A stretch of DNA of 64,000 nucleotides. Source: Gammaproteobacteria bacterium. Lineage in GTDB: Bacteria > Pseudomonadota > Gammaproteobacteria > Eutrophobiales > Eutrophobiaceae. A program made the translations under genes and the position numbers. The notes under the pieces were generated by a model. That model was not told where the DNA came from. It saw nothing but the letters and a program-made list of their open reading frames with translations, and did not search any database. Location of the stretch: contig JBLHKO010000002.1 in the NCBI GenBank assembly GCA_047620145.1, positions 19,963-83,962 on the forward strand. The letters run 5' to 3'. Each line of letters starts with the position of its first letter. The first letter of the stretch is position 1. Positions 9,216 through 19,170 of this stretch are shown in pieces.

Positions 9216-9536
9216 ATGGCCAGCGATGTACTCGTCAAATTAGCCCAAACACTGGAAAGCAGAAAAAATGCAGCGCCAGATTCATCCTATGTCGCGACGC
9301 TTTATGCAAAAGGTATCGATGAAATCCTGAAAAAGATTGGCGAAGAAGCCACTGAAGTCGTGATCGCTGCAAAATCAGGAGAAAAAACCGCTATAATTAA
9401 TGAGACGGCAGATCTGTGGTTTCACACGCTGGTAATGTTGGCACAACAAAATTTGAGTCCTGATGATGTCTTGTCAGAGCTCGATCGAAGAATTGGCTTG
9501 TCCGGTCTCGAAGAAAAAGCCAGTCGCCAAAAATAA
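9216..9536 (+). CDS. hisE: Phosphoribosyl-ATP pyrophosphatase
   Basis: A 106-aa ORF with the HisE-like pattern EEATEV..A......[13 protein letters not shown]. hisI and hisE are separate genes here, as in Pseudomonas. Confidence 0.85.
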   Translation: MASDVLVKLAQTLESRKNAAPDSSYVATLYAKGIDEILKKIGEEATEVVIAAKSGEKTAIINETADLWFHTLVMLAQQNLSPDDVLSELDRRIGLSGLEEKASRQK

Positions 9537-9562
9537 GTCGCAAACAAATACGGAGAGATATC

Positions 9563-9784
9563 ATGGGTTTTGGCATAACAGAATTAATCATTGTCCTGGT
9601 CATCGTCATTTTACTTTTCGGTACAAAAAAACTGCGCAGCCTGGGGGGTGATTTGGGCGGGGCTCTTAAAAGTTTTCGCGGAGCAATGAAGGATGTTGAT
9701 GAACTTGAACAGCCTGAAAATAAAGAACATGAAAACAGCGGCTCAATCATTGAAGGTGAAGTAGACAAAACCACAGAAAAATAG
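9563..9784 (+). CDS. tatA: Twin-arginine translocase, TatA subunit
   Basis: It begins [28 protein letters not shown], which is the TatA/E signature. Confidence 0.9.
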   Translation: MGFGITELIIVLVIVILLFGTKKLRSLGGDLGGALKSFRGAMKDVDELEQPENKEHENSGSIIEGEVDKTTEK

Positions 9785-9909
9785 CTAGATATTTAAACTT
9801 GTTCTGACCTACAAACCTTCATTCCACAAGGGAGGATCCAAAAATCTTTAGTACCTCCAACAACATTTATATAAATCATCAAACCACTTATTTATTTTAG
9901 ATATGAACC

Positions 9910-10200
9910 ATGTTTGACATAGGTTTTTGGGAGCTCGTTATAATCGCGGTCATCGCGTTACTTGTCGTAGGTCCCGACAAGCTTCCTGCTTTTGCACAAC
10001 AGGCAGGAAAATGGATTGGCAAAATTCGTCGCATGAAAAACAATCTACAAAGAGAATTAAAACAGGAATTATCTTTAGATGAAGGAAAAGAATTTAAACA
10101 ACAGCTGAGCGACCTTGATGATTTGATGAAAAATGCACCAGATCAAGATCCTGCTTTTCTAGCCGAAAGTGATCGAAGTAATAAAAAAACAGACAGCTGA
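9910..10200 (+). CDS. tatB: Twin-arginine translocase, TatB subunit
   Basis: It begins [26 protein letters not shown], which is the TatB signature. Its position follows tatA. Confidence 0.85.
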   Translation: MFDIGFWELVIIAVIALLVVGPDKLPAFAQQAGKWIGKIRRMKNNLQRELKQELSLDEGKEFKQQLSDLDDLMKNAPDQDPAFLAESDRSNKKTDS

Positions 10201-10208
10201 AAAAAAAT

Positions 10209-10988
10209 ATGTCTGTAAACAAGCAAGAAAACATTAATGATGTCGATCGAAGAGATGCGCAACCTTTCGTGTCTCATCTCATCGAGTTACGCTCAAGACT
10301 TTTAAAAAGCCTGGGAGCTGTCTTACTGGTGTTTTCTTGTTTGTTTTATTTCGCCAACGATATCTATAGTCTTGTTGCCGCGCCTCTGGTTGAACAACTG
10401 CCGCCCGGAAGTTCTATGATCGCAATAGATGTAGCAGCACCGTTCCTGGCGCCTTTTAAACTCACCTTATTTACTGCCATCTTTATTAGCATGCCCTACC
10501 TGCTCATTCAAATATGGGGTTTTGTCGCGCCGGGTCTTTATCAACAAGAACAGCGTTTTGCTCGCCCCTTAATTGTCAGCAGCATCCTTTTGTTCTATGC
10601 AGGAACAGCATTCGCTTACTTTATTGTTTTCCCGCTCGTCTTTGGTTTTTTTAATGCCGTCACCCCGGAAGGCGTTGCGGTAATGACAGATATGAGTAGA
10701 TATCTTGATTTCGTGCTGAAAATATTTTTTGCCTTTGGCCTGGCCTTCGAGGTGCCCGTGGCAACGGTACTTTTGATCTGGAGTGGCTTTACTTCAGCAG
10801 AAACACTAAAACAAAACCGGGCCTATGTCATCGTCGCCGCTTTTGTCTTTGGAATGCTGTTAACGCCGCCCGACGTTGTATCCCAGATATTATTGGCGCT
10901 CCCCATTTGGCTATTATTCGAGGTAGGCCTTTTCTTTAGCCTAAGACTGCCAGCGAATACAAACACCATCAATCAAGACGATCAGTAA
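10209..10988 (+). CDS. tatC: Twin-arginine translocase, TatC subunit
   Basis: A 259-aa polytopic membrane protein. It follows tatA and tatB. Confidence 0.9.
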   Translation: MSVNKQENINDVDRRDAQPFVSHLIELRSRLLKSLGAVLLVFSCLFYFANDIYSLVAAPLVEQLPPGSSMIAIDVAAPFLAPFKLTLFTAIFISMPYLLIQIWGFVAPGLYQQEQRFARPLIVSSILLFYAGTAFAYFIVFPLVFGFFNAVTPEGVAVMTDMSRYLDFVLKIFFAFGLAFEVPVATVLLIWSGFTSAETLKQNRAYVIVAAFVFGMLLTPPDVVSQILLALPIWLLFEVGLFFSLRLPANTNTINQDDQ

Positions 10989-12342
10989 GCAAGCCTAAAT
11001 GCTTTTCAATATTGCTGCCGATTCTAATTTGTGGCATGGAGGCTTCTAGCTCCTCTTCAGTCTCTCGTGTTTCAATATCTCTTTTTGCACCAGAAAATGC
11101 TGTCGGAAGATCACGACCGGTCTTCAGGTGTTTACCAAACAACGCTTCTCCAAAATAAGTGTAATCACCGTCATGCCCACAACCAAACGACATTTTATCT
11201 TTGTCCGAGGCTGTCATAATCAACGTATTTTCATTAATCAAAGGATCTATAAAGCCGCCGGAGTAACAAGCCGAAACCACGATCACACGCCATTTTATTC
11301 CAGACCGATCCAGTATGTTTTTGATCTTGCCCGGTTCAATATCATTCATATCCAGCGGATAATAATCAATTGAAAGTTTATGATCTTTAGACCCATGTGA
11401 TGTCAGCATAAGAAACAGAATGTCTTCTTCAGGATTCATAATCTCGGCCATTGCCATTACTGCTGATTCAAGATTATGTGCATTTGCCAAAGGCTGTGTT
11501 TTTACTGTCTTTGAATTATTAATTAACAATAACGACCTGTCTTTGGTGTCAAACCGATCATCAAACAATTGTTTAGCTAGTTTTGCTTCATTCATAAACA
11601 CGTCTTCATCTGCATAACCCGCTAACCCCAGAAAATATAAATCTGTGACTCCGGCTCTTTCAGGCAACAGGCTCTCAGTTATTTGGCTGACCAGCTCATT
11701 TTGACGATAAAAAGTATTTTCAACATTGATGCTCTCGTTGTTTTTTATAGCTTTAATATTGGCCGAAAAGTCGGCATGCCAAAGCGGCTGTTGTGGCAAT
11801 TGAAACAGGGGTACGTAATTGATAATCCCATATAAAGTGACCAGCAAGACGGATCTGAAAACATTTGTGTGATAATACTTGCGGACACATTTCAATATAA
11901 TTGCCAGATACCATGCCAGGTAAAGATAAAAAATCGTCCAGCTTATCTGGTAAGAATCAAACCATGTTTGTTTTTCTGCGAGCCAGTCAACAAGCAAATA
12001 AATTCCCCAGACAGAGGGAACGACAGCAAGAAAAATAATCATGACATTAACTATGCTTGCCATATCTTTTTCTATTTGTGCAATGATCGCGACACTGATA
12101 AAAAACAAGAGATACAACGTCGCCTGATACGTCAGACCATAAATATTGAATATATTGTTCGGGGAAGTGTCAAAATAATCATAAGAAAACGAAAGAAAAA
12201 AAGACACTATTAATAACAAACAAAGCTGTATAAAGCCAAATCTGAATTGCCACAGATCGGTAGGGATGAATAAGGCGAGCCGGGTTCCCGACCAAAGATT
12301 CTGAGCCAGCTTTACACACGGTTCAATTAAAAATTTATTCAC
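10969..12342 (-). CDS. Membrane-anchored peptidase C13 family protein (legumain/GPI8-like caspase fold): N-terminal ~6-TM domain, C-terminal C13 domain
   Basis: A 457-aa ORF. His and Cys sit in the motifs LTSHGSKD and [10 protein letters not shown], which resembles the catalytic dyad of the legumain/GPI-transamidase family. The N-terminal ~200 aa are strongly hydrophobic. Confidence 0.6.
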   Translation of the reverse strand: MNKFLIEPCVKLAQNLWSGTRLALFIPTDLWQFRFGFIQLCLLLIVSFFLSFSYDYFDTSPNNIFNIYGLTYQATLYLLFFISVAIIAQIEKDMASIVNVMIIFLAVVPSVWGIYLLVDWLAEKQTWFDSYQISWTIFYLYLAWYLAIILKCVRKYYHTNVFRSVLLVTLYGIINYVPLFQLPQQPLWHADFSANIKAIKNNESINVENTFYRQNELVSQITESLLPERAGVTDLYFLGLAGYADEDVFMNEAKLAKQLFDDRFDTKDRSLLLINNSKTVKTQPLANAHNLESAVMAMAEIMNPEEDILFLMLTSHGSKDHKLSIDYYPLDMNDIEPGKIKNILDRSGIKWRVIVVSACYSGGFIDPLINENTLIMTASDKDKMSFGCGHDGDYTYFGEALFGKHLKTGRDLPTAFSGAKRDIETRETEEELEASMPQIRIGSNIEKHLGLLTDRLD

Positions 12343-12392
12343 GTGCTGAGCAAAGTCAATTGATATAGTCTTTTATACAATTCAATATCGCC

Positions 12393-12821
12393 TCAAGATT
12401 GCTCCCACGGTAGACTTGCCACTCGCCAACCATTCGTTGTGTTTCTATGTCCATTGTTATCCAGATCGCCCTCAAAACCATCTTCGATGTTATAAAGATT
12501 ATTGAACCCTTGCTGAACAAGTTCTTCTGCCGCCGCCTGTGAGCGTTTACCACTTCTACATATTGCTAATATAGCGAGAGACTCGGGATCCTGACCTGCA
12601 TCTGTTCGCTTGATCAGCGCTTCACGAACTTTTTTTACAAATTGAGCATCGACACTCCAGTCAGGTGCGTCCATCCACGGGATGTGCAGGGCATTGAGTG
12701 GATGCCCGACGTAGTCATATTCCATGCTGGTTCGAACATCCAATAAGACTGCTTGTGGATCGCCTTCAAGAATTTCCCATGCTTGCTGTGGGGATATCTC
12801 TTTTATTTTTGATTCTGACAT
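12393..12821 (-). CDS. Rhodanese-domain sulfurtransferase
   Basis: A 142-aa ORF. The active-site loop reads CRSGKRS within a rhodanese-like fold pattern. Confidence 0.75.
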   Translation of the reverse strand: MSESKIKEISPQQAWEILEGDPQAVLLDVRTSMEYDYVGHPLNALHIPWMDAPDWSVDAQFVKKVREALIKRTDAGQDPESLAILAICRSGKRSQAAAEELVQQGFNNLYNIEDGFEGDLDNNGHRNTTNGWRVASLPWEQS

Positions 12822-12976
12822 AATGATCTATACCTGATTTATCATGGCCGAAGCTTATCCTACTCTGGCAGGGAGAATCAAAAAACACAAGCTCTGTTAC
12901 TTGTTCTGGATTTATGATGGAATACGCTATTTACATAAAATAATAATGATTAAAATACGAAACAAATTACGAGGAG

Positions 12977-13903
12977 ATGTCCATGACAATGGATGATAAA
13001 GACGGCGTGATCTGGATGGACGGAGAATTTGTCCCCTGGAGAGAGGCAAAAGTACACGTCCTTACACATACCCTGCACTACGGTATGGGTGTATTCGAAG
13101 GCATTCGCGCCTATCATGCTAAAAATGGTACCGCCATCTTTCGCCTGCAAGCACATACTGATCGGCTCTTTGGCTCAGCACATATTCTTAATATGCCGAT
13201 GCCTTTTGATAAAGCGACGATCAGCAAAGCGTGTCTTCAGGCTGTTGCAAAAAACAATCTTGATTCGGCCTATATACGACCTATGTGTTTTTATGGATCA
13301 GAAGGCATGGGCTTGCGTGCTGATAATCTTAAGGTTCACGTAATGATTGCCGCCTGGTCCTGGGGCGCTTATCTTGGCAGTGAAGGTCTGGAAAAAGGCA
13401 TTCGCATTCGAACCTCTTCTTATACGCGTCATCATGTCAATATAACCATGTGCAAGGCCAAGGCGAATGGTAATTACCTTAATTCCATGCTGGCTTTACA
13501 AGAGGCCCTGGATTGTGGCTATGACGAAGCCCTGCTGCTTGATACCGAGGGCTTTGTCGCAGAAGGTAGTGGTGAAAATATCTTCATCGTTCGAGACGGC
13601 GTTCTTTATACGCCTGATCTGAGCTCCGCATTAGAAGGCATCACCAGGGATACAATTTTTGCCTTGGCGAAAGAGAAGGGTTTGGAAATACGCGAAAAAA
13701 GAATCACTCGAGATGAAGTCTACATTGCAGAAGAGGCATTTTTTACCGGCACCGCAGCGGAAGTAACTCCGATTCGTGAGCTGGATGGGCGTATAATTGG
13801 CGAAGGACGGCGCGGCCCAATCACGGAAATAATTCAAAAAGACTATTTTGATCTTGTGCATGGGCGTTATGAACATAAACCGGAATGGTTAAGCTACATA
13901 TAA
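12977..13903 (+). CDS. ilvE: Branched-chain amino acid aminotransferase
   Basis: It is collinear with E. coli IlvE, sharing WMDGEFVPWREAKVHVL..HYG..VFEGIRAY and EVF.TGTAAEVTP. Confidence 0.9.
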   Translation: MSMTMDDKDGVIWMDGEFVPWREAKVHVLTHTLHYGMGVFEGIRAYHAKNGTAIFRLQAHTDRLFGSAHILNMPMPFDKATISKACLQAVAKNNLDSAYIRPMCFYGSEGMGLRADNLKVHVMIAAWSWGAYLGSEGLEKGIRIRTSSYTRHHVNITMCKAKANGNYLNSMLALQEALDCGYDEALLLDTEGFVAEGSGENIFIVRDGVLYTPDLSSALEGITRDTIFALAKEKGLEIREKRITRDEVYIAEEAFFTGTAAEVTPIRELDGRIIGEGRRGPITEIIQKDYFDLVHGRYEHKPEWLSYI

Positions 13904-14112
13904 AGGAGATCCTCGTGAACGATCAACAAGCTTTAAAAACACCTAACGACAAAAAAACTTACGAGGTTGAACGTGCCCAACTGCCTTTACATTGCCCGAC
14001 CCCTGAAATGAGTCTATGGAATTCTCACCCCCGGGTTTTTTTGTCTATAGAGGAAAGCGGCCGTGCGGCCTGCCCCTATTGTGGTACCGTGTTTACATTA
14101 AAAGATGAATGA
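13885..14112 (+). CDS. Small zinc-finger (CPxCG-type) protein
   Basis: A ~65-75-aa ORF with CPTPE...CPYCG. An alternative GTG start at 13915 overlaps the ilvE stop. Confidence 0.45.
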   Translation: MVKLHIKEILVNDQQALKTPNDKKTYEVERAQLPLHCPTPEMSLWNSHPRVFLSIEESGRAACPYCGTVFTLKDE

Positions 14113-14133
14113 TCAACCGGCCCACCAGAGAAG

Positions 14134-15060
14134 GTGACAGCAGAGAATAAACAGACCCATGTGATCTGGCGCATTAGTGATGGCAAGACCGGGCATGGTT
14201 CGCAAAGCAAGGGCTTGGTTAAAGCGTTAAATCAGATTCAGCCGTGTGATTGCCATGATATTGAGCTTTCTGACGGAAAAAACGGAATGCTGGATTTCCT
14301 TTTCAAACATTTTCCTTTAGGTAAAGAATTGCCTGATCCAGACATTATCATCGGCGCAGGGCACGAAACGCATTTTCCTCTACTTTGTGCAAAACGTGCG
14401 CGCGGCGGCAAAACTATTGTTGTTATGAAACCAAGCATTCCAACAAGTTACTTCGATTTTTGTTTTATTCCTGAACACGACAGTCCAAAGACAGCTAACA
14501 ACATACTTGCCACTAAAGGCGCGATAAATTGCATTTCTACTTCGACGGAGCAAATGAACGACCACGGATTAATTTTAATAGGTGGGCCTTCAAGACACTT
14601 CTGTTGGGATACTGAATATCTTCTGCAACAAATAAATGAAATTATTGAGACGCATAGAGATATCAAATGGGAAATCTCTGATTCTGCCCGCACACCGGAA
14701 GAAACAAGCCGGGCGCTGGCAAAACTACATGAGCCAAACGTAGAATATAAAAATCTCTCAAGTACTGGTGCAGCATGGCTAGGCCGGCGGCTTAATCTTG
14801 CTGCCAACGTTTGGGTTAGTGCGGATAGTGTATCAATGATCTATGAATCTCTTACTTCTGGCGCTGCTGTTGGCTTGCTTGATGTGCCGACACAGAGCTC
14901 AAGCAAGCTTACAGATAATATCGCCGGACTAGTCGAAAATAGCATGGTAACCCCTTACAACGCATGGCTAACCAAACGAAAATTAAACAAGCCTTCTGTC
15001 CAGTTAAATGAAGCTAGCCGTTGTGCTGAATATCTTTATAGCTCTGTTTTGCTGCACTAG
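14134..15060 (+). CDS. ELM1/DUF1022-like protein. Members of this family commonly occur in LPS-core and sugar-transferase neighbourhoods
   Basis: A 308-aa ORF whose overall pattern, including ILIGGPSRHF, recalls the 'mitochondrial fission ELM1' bacterial family. I am assigning it from memory. Confidence 0.4.
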   Translation: MTAENKQTHVIWRISDGKTGHGSQSKGLVKALNQIQPCDCHDIELSDGKNGMLDFLFKHFPLGKELPDPDIIIGAGHETHFPLLCAKRARGGKTIVVMKPSIPTSYFDFCFIPEHDSPKTANNILATKGAINCISTSTEQMNDHGLILIGGPSRHFCWDTEYLLQQINEIIETHRDIKWEISDSARTPEETSRALAKLHEPNVEYKNLSSTGAAWLGRRLNLAANVWVSADSVSMIYESLTSGAAVGLLDVPTQSSSKLTDNIAGLVENSMVTPYNAWLTKRKLNKPSVQLNEASRCAEYLYSSVLLH

Positions 15061-15110
15061 AGTCAAACAAACCCAATGCTCTTGAATTCAAATAATCTGG
15101 GCCATAAATC

Positions 15111-16226
15111 ATGCCTCCAAAACGTCTAAGCGTTGTCCAGTTGCTCCCTGCGCTAAATGTCGGCGGCGTCGAACGTGGCACACTGGAAGTCGCGAATGAG
15201 CTCGTTAGGCGTGGGCATCGATCCATCGTGATCTCTGCTGGTGGCAGGCTGGTTGACAAGCTTGTCGCTTCTGGCAGCGAACACCTGCAAATCAACATTG
15301 GGAAAAAATCTCTTTTATCCTTGAGACATGTCGCTTTTCTTAGACAATATTTTCACGAAGAAAATATTGATGTCGTCCACGCCCGTTCCCGTTTTCCTGC
15401 CTGGCTAACCTATCTTGCCTGGAGAAAAATGGATGAGTCTTCCCGGCCAAGGTTTGTCACTACTGTACACGGACCTTATCGTGTTAATCCCTACAGCAAA
15501 GTAATGACCAAAGGTCAGAACGTCATTGCTACTTCCGGATTTATTTTAGATTATATTAAAAATAATTATCCCGCTGTTGATAAAACCAAGATCACACTGA
15601 TTCACAGAGGCGTATCAAACACAGAGTTTCCTTTTAACTACAAGCCCGACGATGATTGGTTAAAAGCATGGCATGAACAACATTCAACACTATCGGATAA
15701 ATTTATCTTAACCATGCCTGCACGCGTGACCCGTTGGAAAGGACACGAAGATTTTCTTGAAATTTTGAGGCACCTTAAACAGCAGGGTGTTCCGATCCAT
15801 GGCTTGATCGCAGGCGGACCTCACCGTCGCAAAACAGGCTATCTTGATGAGCTAAAGGAAAAATCACGTTCACTTGGGCTGGAAAATGAAATTACTTTTC
15901 TAGGCCACAGAAATGATATTAAGGAAATAATGTCGATCTCAAATATCGTTTTATCCTTAGCCAAAACACCAGAGGCTTTTGGCCGCACCGCTCTTGAGGC
16001 TTTGTGTTTAGGCATACCCGTTATTGCCTACAATCATGGTGGTGCTGCCGAAGTACTGGCGGAGATGTATCCTAATGGTCGTGTTGAGCCAAATAATACT
16101 ATCGCTGTCTCTGATAAGGTGATCTCTTTTTACAAAAATCCGGTGTCCGTGTATGACAAAAATTTCTTTACGCTTGATAAAATGCTTGATAAAACGCTGT
16201 CTCTTTATTCTGAAGCATCATTATAA
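15111..16226 (+). CDS. Glycosyltransferase family 4 (GT-B fold)
   Basis: It begins VVQLLPALNVGGVERGTLEVANELVRRGH, and its C-terminal half resembles the GT4 EX7E region. Confidence 0.75.
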   Translation: MPPKRLSVVQLLPALNVGGVERGTLEVANELVRRGHRSIVISAGGRLVDKLVASGSEHLQINIGKKSLLSLRHVAFLRQYFHEENIDVVHARSRFPAWLTYLAWRKMDESSRPRFVTTVHGPYRVNPYSKVMTKGQNVIATSGFILDYIKNNYPAVDKTKITLIHRGVSNTEFPFNYKPDDDWLKAWHEQHSTLSDKFILTMPARVTRWKGHEDFLEILRHLKQQGVPIHGLIAGGPHRRKTGYLDELKEKSRSLGLENEITFLGHRNDIKEIMSISNIVLSLAKTPEAFGRTALEALCLGIPVIAYNHGGAAEVLAEMYPNGRVEPNNTIAVSDKVISFYKNPVSVYDKNFFTLDKMLDKTLSLYSEASL

Positions 16227-16262
16227 ATCTTTTTTCTCCCTCGAGCTTTCCTTACAAAGAGA

Positions 16263-17063
16263 ATGAATTACAAATATAAGTATCACGCCCTGCGTCGCGA
16301 CTGTTTTAATTTTTCCTTGTTGGCTCATCGAGACTTTGATGCCATGCTGATTACCATGCATCAGTCTGGAACCCATTGGCTGCAATACATGCTGACATTA
16401 GCTTTGGTTGAGAAATTAGGCCTGGACATGCCAGAATATATACAAAGCGACTTGTTTTTCGGAAACCCCTCCTCTTATCAAGATAACAGCGAGAGGATTA
16501 GAATTGCCGGCTCACACTCCATTCCACACGCTCTGGTTGGCTCAACACTGTTTAATAAAATATTACACTTTCCCAAATACCTTGTTTTGGTTAGAGACAT
16601 GCGCGACTCATTGGTTTCAAACTATGAAAAATGGAAAGATCATTCTGAATATAAAAATTTTTCAACTTTTCTCCGCGGCGATGAAAAAGGTAAACGATTT
16701 AATAGTGATATCTGGTGGTGCATACGTTTCTACAATGCCTGGGGACGGGTTCTCGCCAACGTCCCCGACACAACAATGTCTATCAAATACGAAGATCTGC
16801 TTACAAACACTTTTGATATATTAAAAACGGCCTCGGTGTTTCTGGAGCTGGAATTAGACGAGGAACAACTTAATCATGGCCTCCATGGGGCATCCAAAAG
16901 CAACATGCAGGAAAAACATAACCCGTCGGCTTTGACTGTCGTCAGAGAAGACCGCAGAGATCCTTTAGACTGGTTTTCTGAAAAAGATAAACAGTTTTTT
17001 GTTCACGCTTGCAGGGATCATCTTAAGTACGATTTCGGCTATAACTTTAACGACATGCATTAG
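16263..17063 (+). CDS. Sulfotransferase-domain protein (PAPS-dependent)
   Basis: HQSGTHW matches the 5'-phosphosulfate-binding (5'-PSB) motif (PKSGTTW-like). VRDMRDSLVSNY matches the 3'-phosphate-binding motif (RDPRD..VS.Y-like). Confidence 0.65.
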   Translation: MNYKYKYHALRRDCFNFSLLAHRDFDAMLITMHQSGTHWLQYMLTLALVEKLGLDMPEYIQSDLFFGNPSSYQDNSERIRIAGSHSIPHALVGSTLFNKILHFPKYLVLVRDMRDSLVSNYEKWKDHSEYKNFSTFLRGDEKGKRFNSDIWWCIRFYNAWGRVLANVPDTTMSIKYEDLLTNTFDILKTASVFLELELDEEQLNHGLHGASKSNMQEKHNPSALTVVREDRRDPLDWFSEKDKQFFVHACRDHLKYDFGYNFNDMH

Positions 17064-17129
17064 GTTTTTCTGTCAGAATAATTACAATATTTTTGGTATA
17101 AATATATCTAGTCCAATTAAAGATCATAT

Positions 17130-18104
17130 TTGATGGCAAATATTCTAATCATTAAGCTCGGCGCGCTCGGCGATGTCGTCATGTCAACGTCGTTGATAAA
17201 ACAAATTCAATCATGTCATTCTACAGATAATCTTTTTCTACTTACGGCAAAGCCCTTTGACACAATTTTTCATAATTGGGGAAACCTGAATATTCACACG
17301 GTAAAAAGGAAGGGGCTTAAGAATAGCTTGCTCACTATTGCGTGGATTAGGCAGAATCATTTTGACTCTGTCTATGATTTGCAATCAAACGACCGAACTG
17401 GTTTGTACTGTGCACTATCGGGAATTAGCAGAAGAGTCGGCAACCACCCCCGATATCCGTATAATATTCATCCTGAAGACTCTTATCAGGGACAATGTCA
17501 TATCTATAGCCGCATGCTGGCTGTACTTGAGTCCGCAAACATCCCTGTTAAACCCTGTGCGCCATCTTTGCCCGCCTCTGAAGAAGAACAACAACGCATT
17601 CGAACATGGTTAAAAGAAAACAAACTAATTGTTAATAATTTCATCATCATTCACGCAGGCGGGAGCAAACAACACCCTGAAAAACGATGGCCTTATTATG
17701 AACAACTCGCGACAAAACTGTCCTCTATGGATAAAACGATTGTCTGGATTGGAGGTAATGACGATCTTGAAATAAACCAGAGGCTTTCCTCGATCGCGGG
17801 AATAAACGCAAGCAGCGTGTTTACTTTCTCCGAACTGGCAGAGCTGGGTCGGCACGCTTCCTTCGCGATCGCAAATGATTCTGGCCCAATGCACGTTCTT
17901 TCCTGTTCTGGCGTTTCCGTTTACGGATTGTTTGGTCCAACAAACTGGCGCCGTAATCATGCTGTCGGCCAAGAGGATCGTGTAATCTCTGCCCGTACTG
18001 ACGGAGATTCGCTAATTAATAACAGTTCTTTCAGGCCCGCATCACTTGAAACGATCTCGATAGATATTCTTCTCAGCCGCCTGTCTTCGGACGGGGCGCT
18101 TTAG
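17130..18104 (+). CDS. ADP-heptose:LPS heptosyltransferase family (GT9)
   Basis: It begins MANILIIKLGALGDVVMSTSLIKQI and contains IHAGGS.....RWP, which is the WaaC/WaaF/WaaQ family pattern. Confidence 0.75.
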   Translation: MMANILIIKLGALGDVVMSTSLIKQIQSCHSTDNLFLLTAKPFDTIFHNWGNLNIHTVKRKGLKNSLLTIAWIRQNHFDSVYDLQSNDRTGLYCALSGISRRVGNHPRYPYNIHPEDSYQGQCHIYSRMLAVLESANIPVKPCAPSLPASEEEQQRIRTWLKENKLIVNNFIIIHAGGSKQHPEKRWPYYEQLATKLSSMDKTIVWIGGNDDLEINQRLSSIAGINASSVFTFSELAELGRHASFAIANDSGPMHVLSCSGVSVYGLFGPTNWRRNHAVGQEDRVISARTDGDSLINNSSFRPASLETISIDILLSRLSSDGAL

Positions 18105-18114
18105 TCTCGTGGCA

Positions 18115-19167
18115 TCAAGAATTGTTTTTCTGATCTGCTACTACTTGTTCATATAGTTTTAAGAATTTTGGCACGACAACTTCCTTTGCATAAAACTCTT
18201 TATAATCAGACAAAGCTTGTCCTGCTTTTTTCTCTCTGTCTGTACTATCTTTAGCTGCTAATATCATAGCCTCAAACAAAGACTCAATATTGTTGACCTC
18301 GGCAAGATAGGCGTTTTTTTTATTGAGAATTTCTCTTGGCCCCTGACTTTTTGTAGATATTATTGGCTTGCCCATGGCCATGGCTTCAAGCACCGCGATA
18401 CCGAAAGGCTCGTCTAGTGAGGGCAAAACAAAAACATCTACACTTTTTAGAAAGGTCTCCACATCTTTAATCCACCCAACAAATTTAACATTCTCAGCCA
18501 GCCCCAATTCTTTACATAGGTGTTTAAGGTTCTCCGACTCGGGGCCATCGCCGCCAATAAGTAACGTAACCTTTATATTGGTTTCTGTAAGTTTTTTAAA
18601 TGCATTTAAAACAACGTGGAAGCCTTTTTTATGGACCATCCGCCCATAACAAGCATAAACAAGCGTTTCATTCTCACAGAATGATGCTTCAGTCACCGGA
18701 TCTAGGTGTGAAAAATGAGGAATTAATTCAATCCTGCTTTCTGGAATTCCTTTTTGTCCTAGATATTCAACCTGATCTTTTGTTGCCGGTATAAATTTCG
18801 TGACATTTTTATAATATTTTAAATCGATATAGTTGTGTAATGTAACCACCAGCGGTTTTTTCAGTTGCTTACATGCTTTGCCTGCCATGTATGTTCCTCG
18901 GGACAAATGTGATTGAACAATATCTGAATCATGTTGCTGTATTTTTGTCGCAATGGCTCTCCAGGCAAAAGGATCTCTTGTGCTAAATGTTTTCACGGTG
19001 TTTAGTTTGATACCAGAAACACCTTTTAAAACTTGTTCTGTCTCAGAGCCTGGCTGACAAATAGCTAAAACATCATTCCCCATATTTACCAGCGCGCTTA
19101 CAAGATCAACGAACAATCGTTCCGCGCCGCCGAATCTTTTAGCTAACATTACTTGCGTTATTTTCAT
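18115..19167 (-). CDS. Glycosyltransferase family 4
   Basis: A 350-aa ORF with a GT-B pattern: FGGAERLFVDLVSAL at the N terminus and an EPFGIAVLEAMAMGKPII motif toward the C terminus. Confidence 0.75.
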   Translation of the reverse strand: MKITQVMLAKRFGGAERLFVDLVSALVNMGNDVLAICQPGSETEQVLKGVSGIKLNTVKTFSTRDPFAWRAIATKIQQHDSDIVQSHLSRGTYMAGKACKQLKKPLVVTLHNYIDLKYYKNVTKFIPATKDQVEYLGQKGIPESRIELIPHFSHLDPVTEASFCENETLVYACYGRMVHKKGFHVVLNAFKKLTETNIKVTLLIGGDGPESENLKHLCKELGLAENVKFVGWIKDVETFLKSVDVFVLPSLDEPFGIAVLEAMAMGKPIISTKSQGPREILNKKNAYLAEVNNIESLFEAMILAAKDSTDREKKAGQALSDYKEFYAKEVVVPKFLKLYEQVVADQKNNS

Positions 19168-19170
19168 TTC

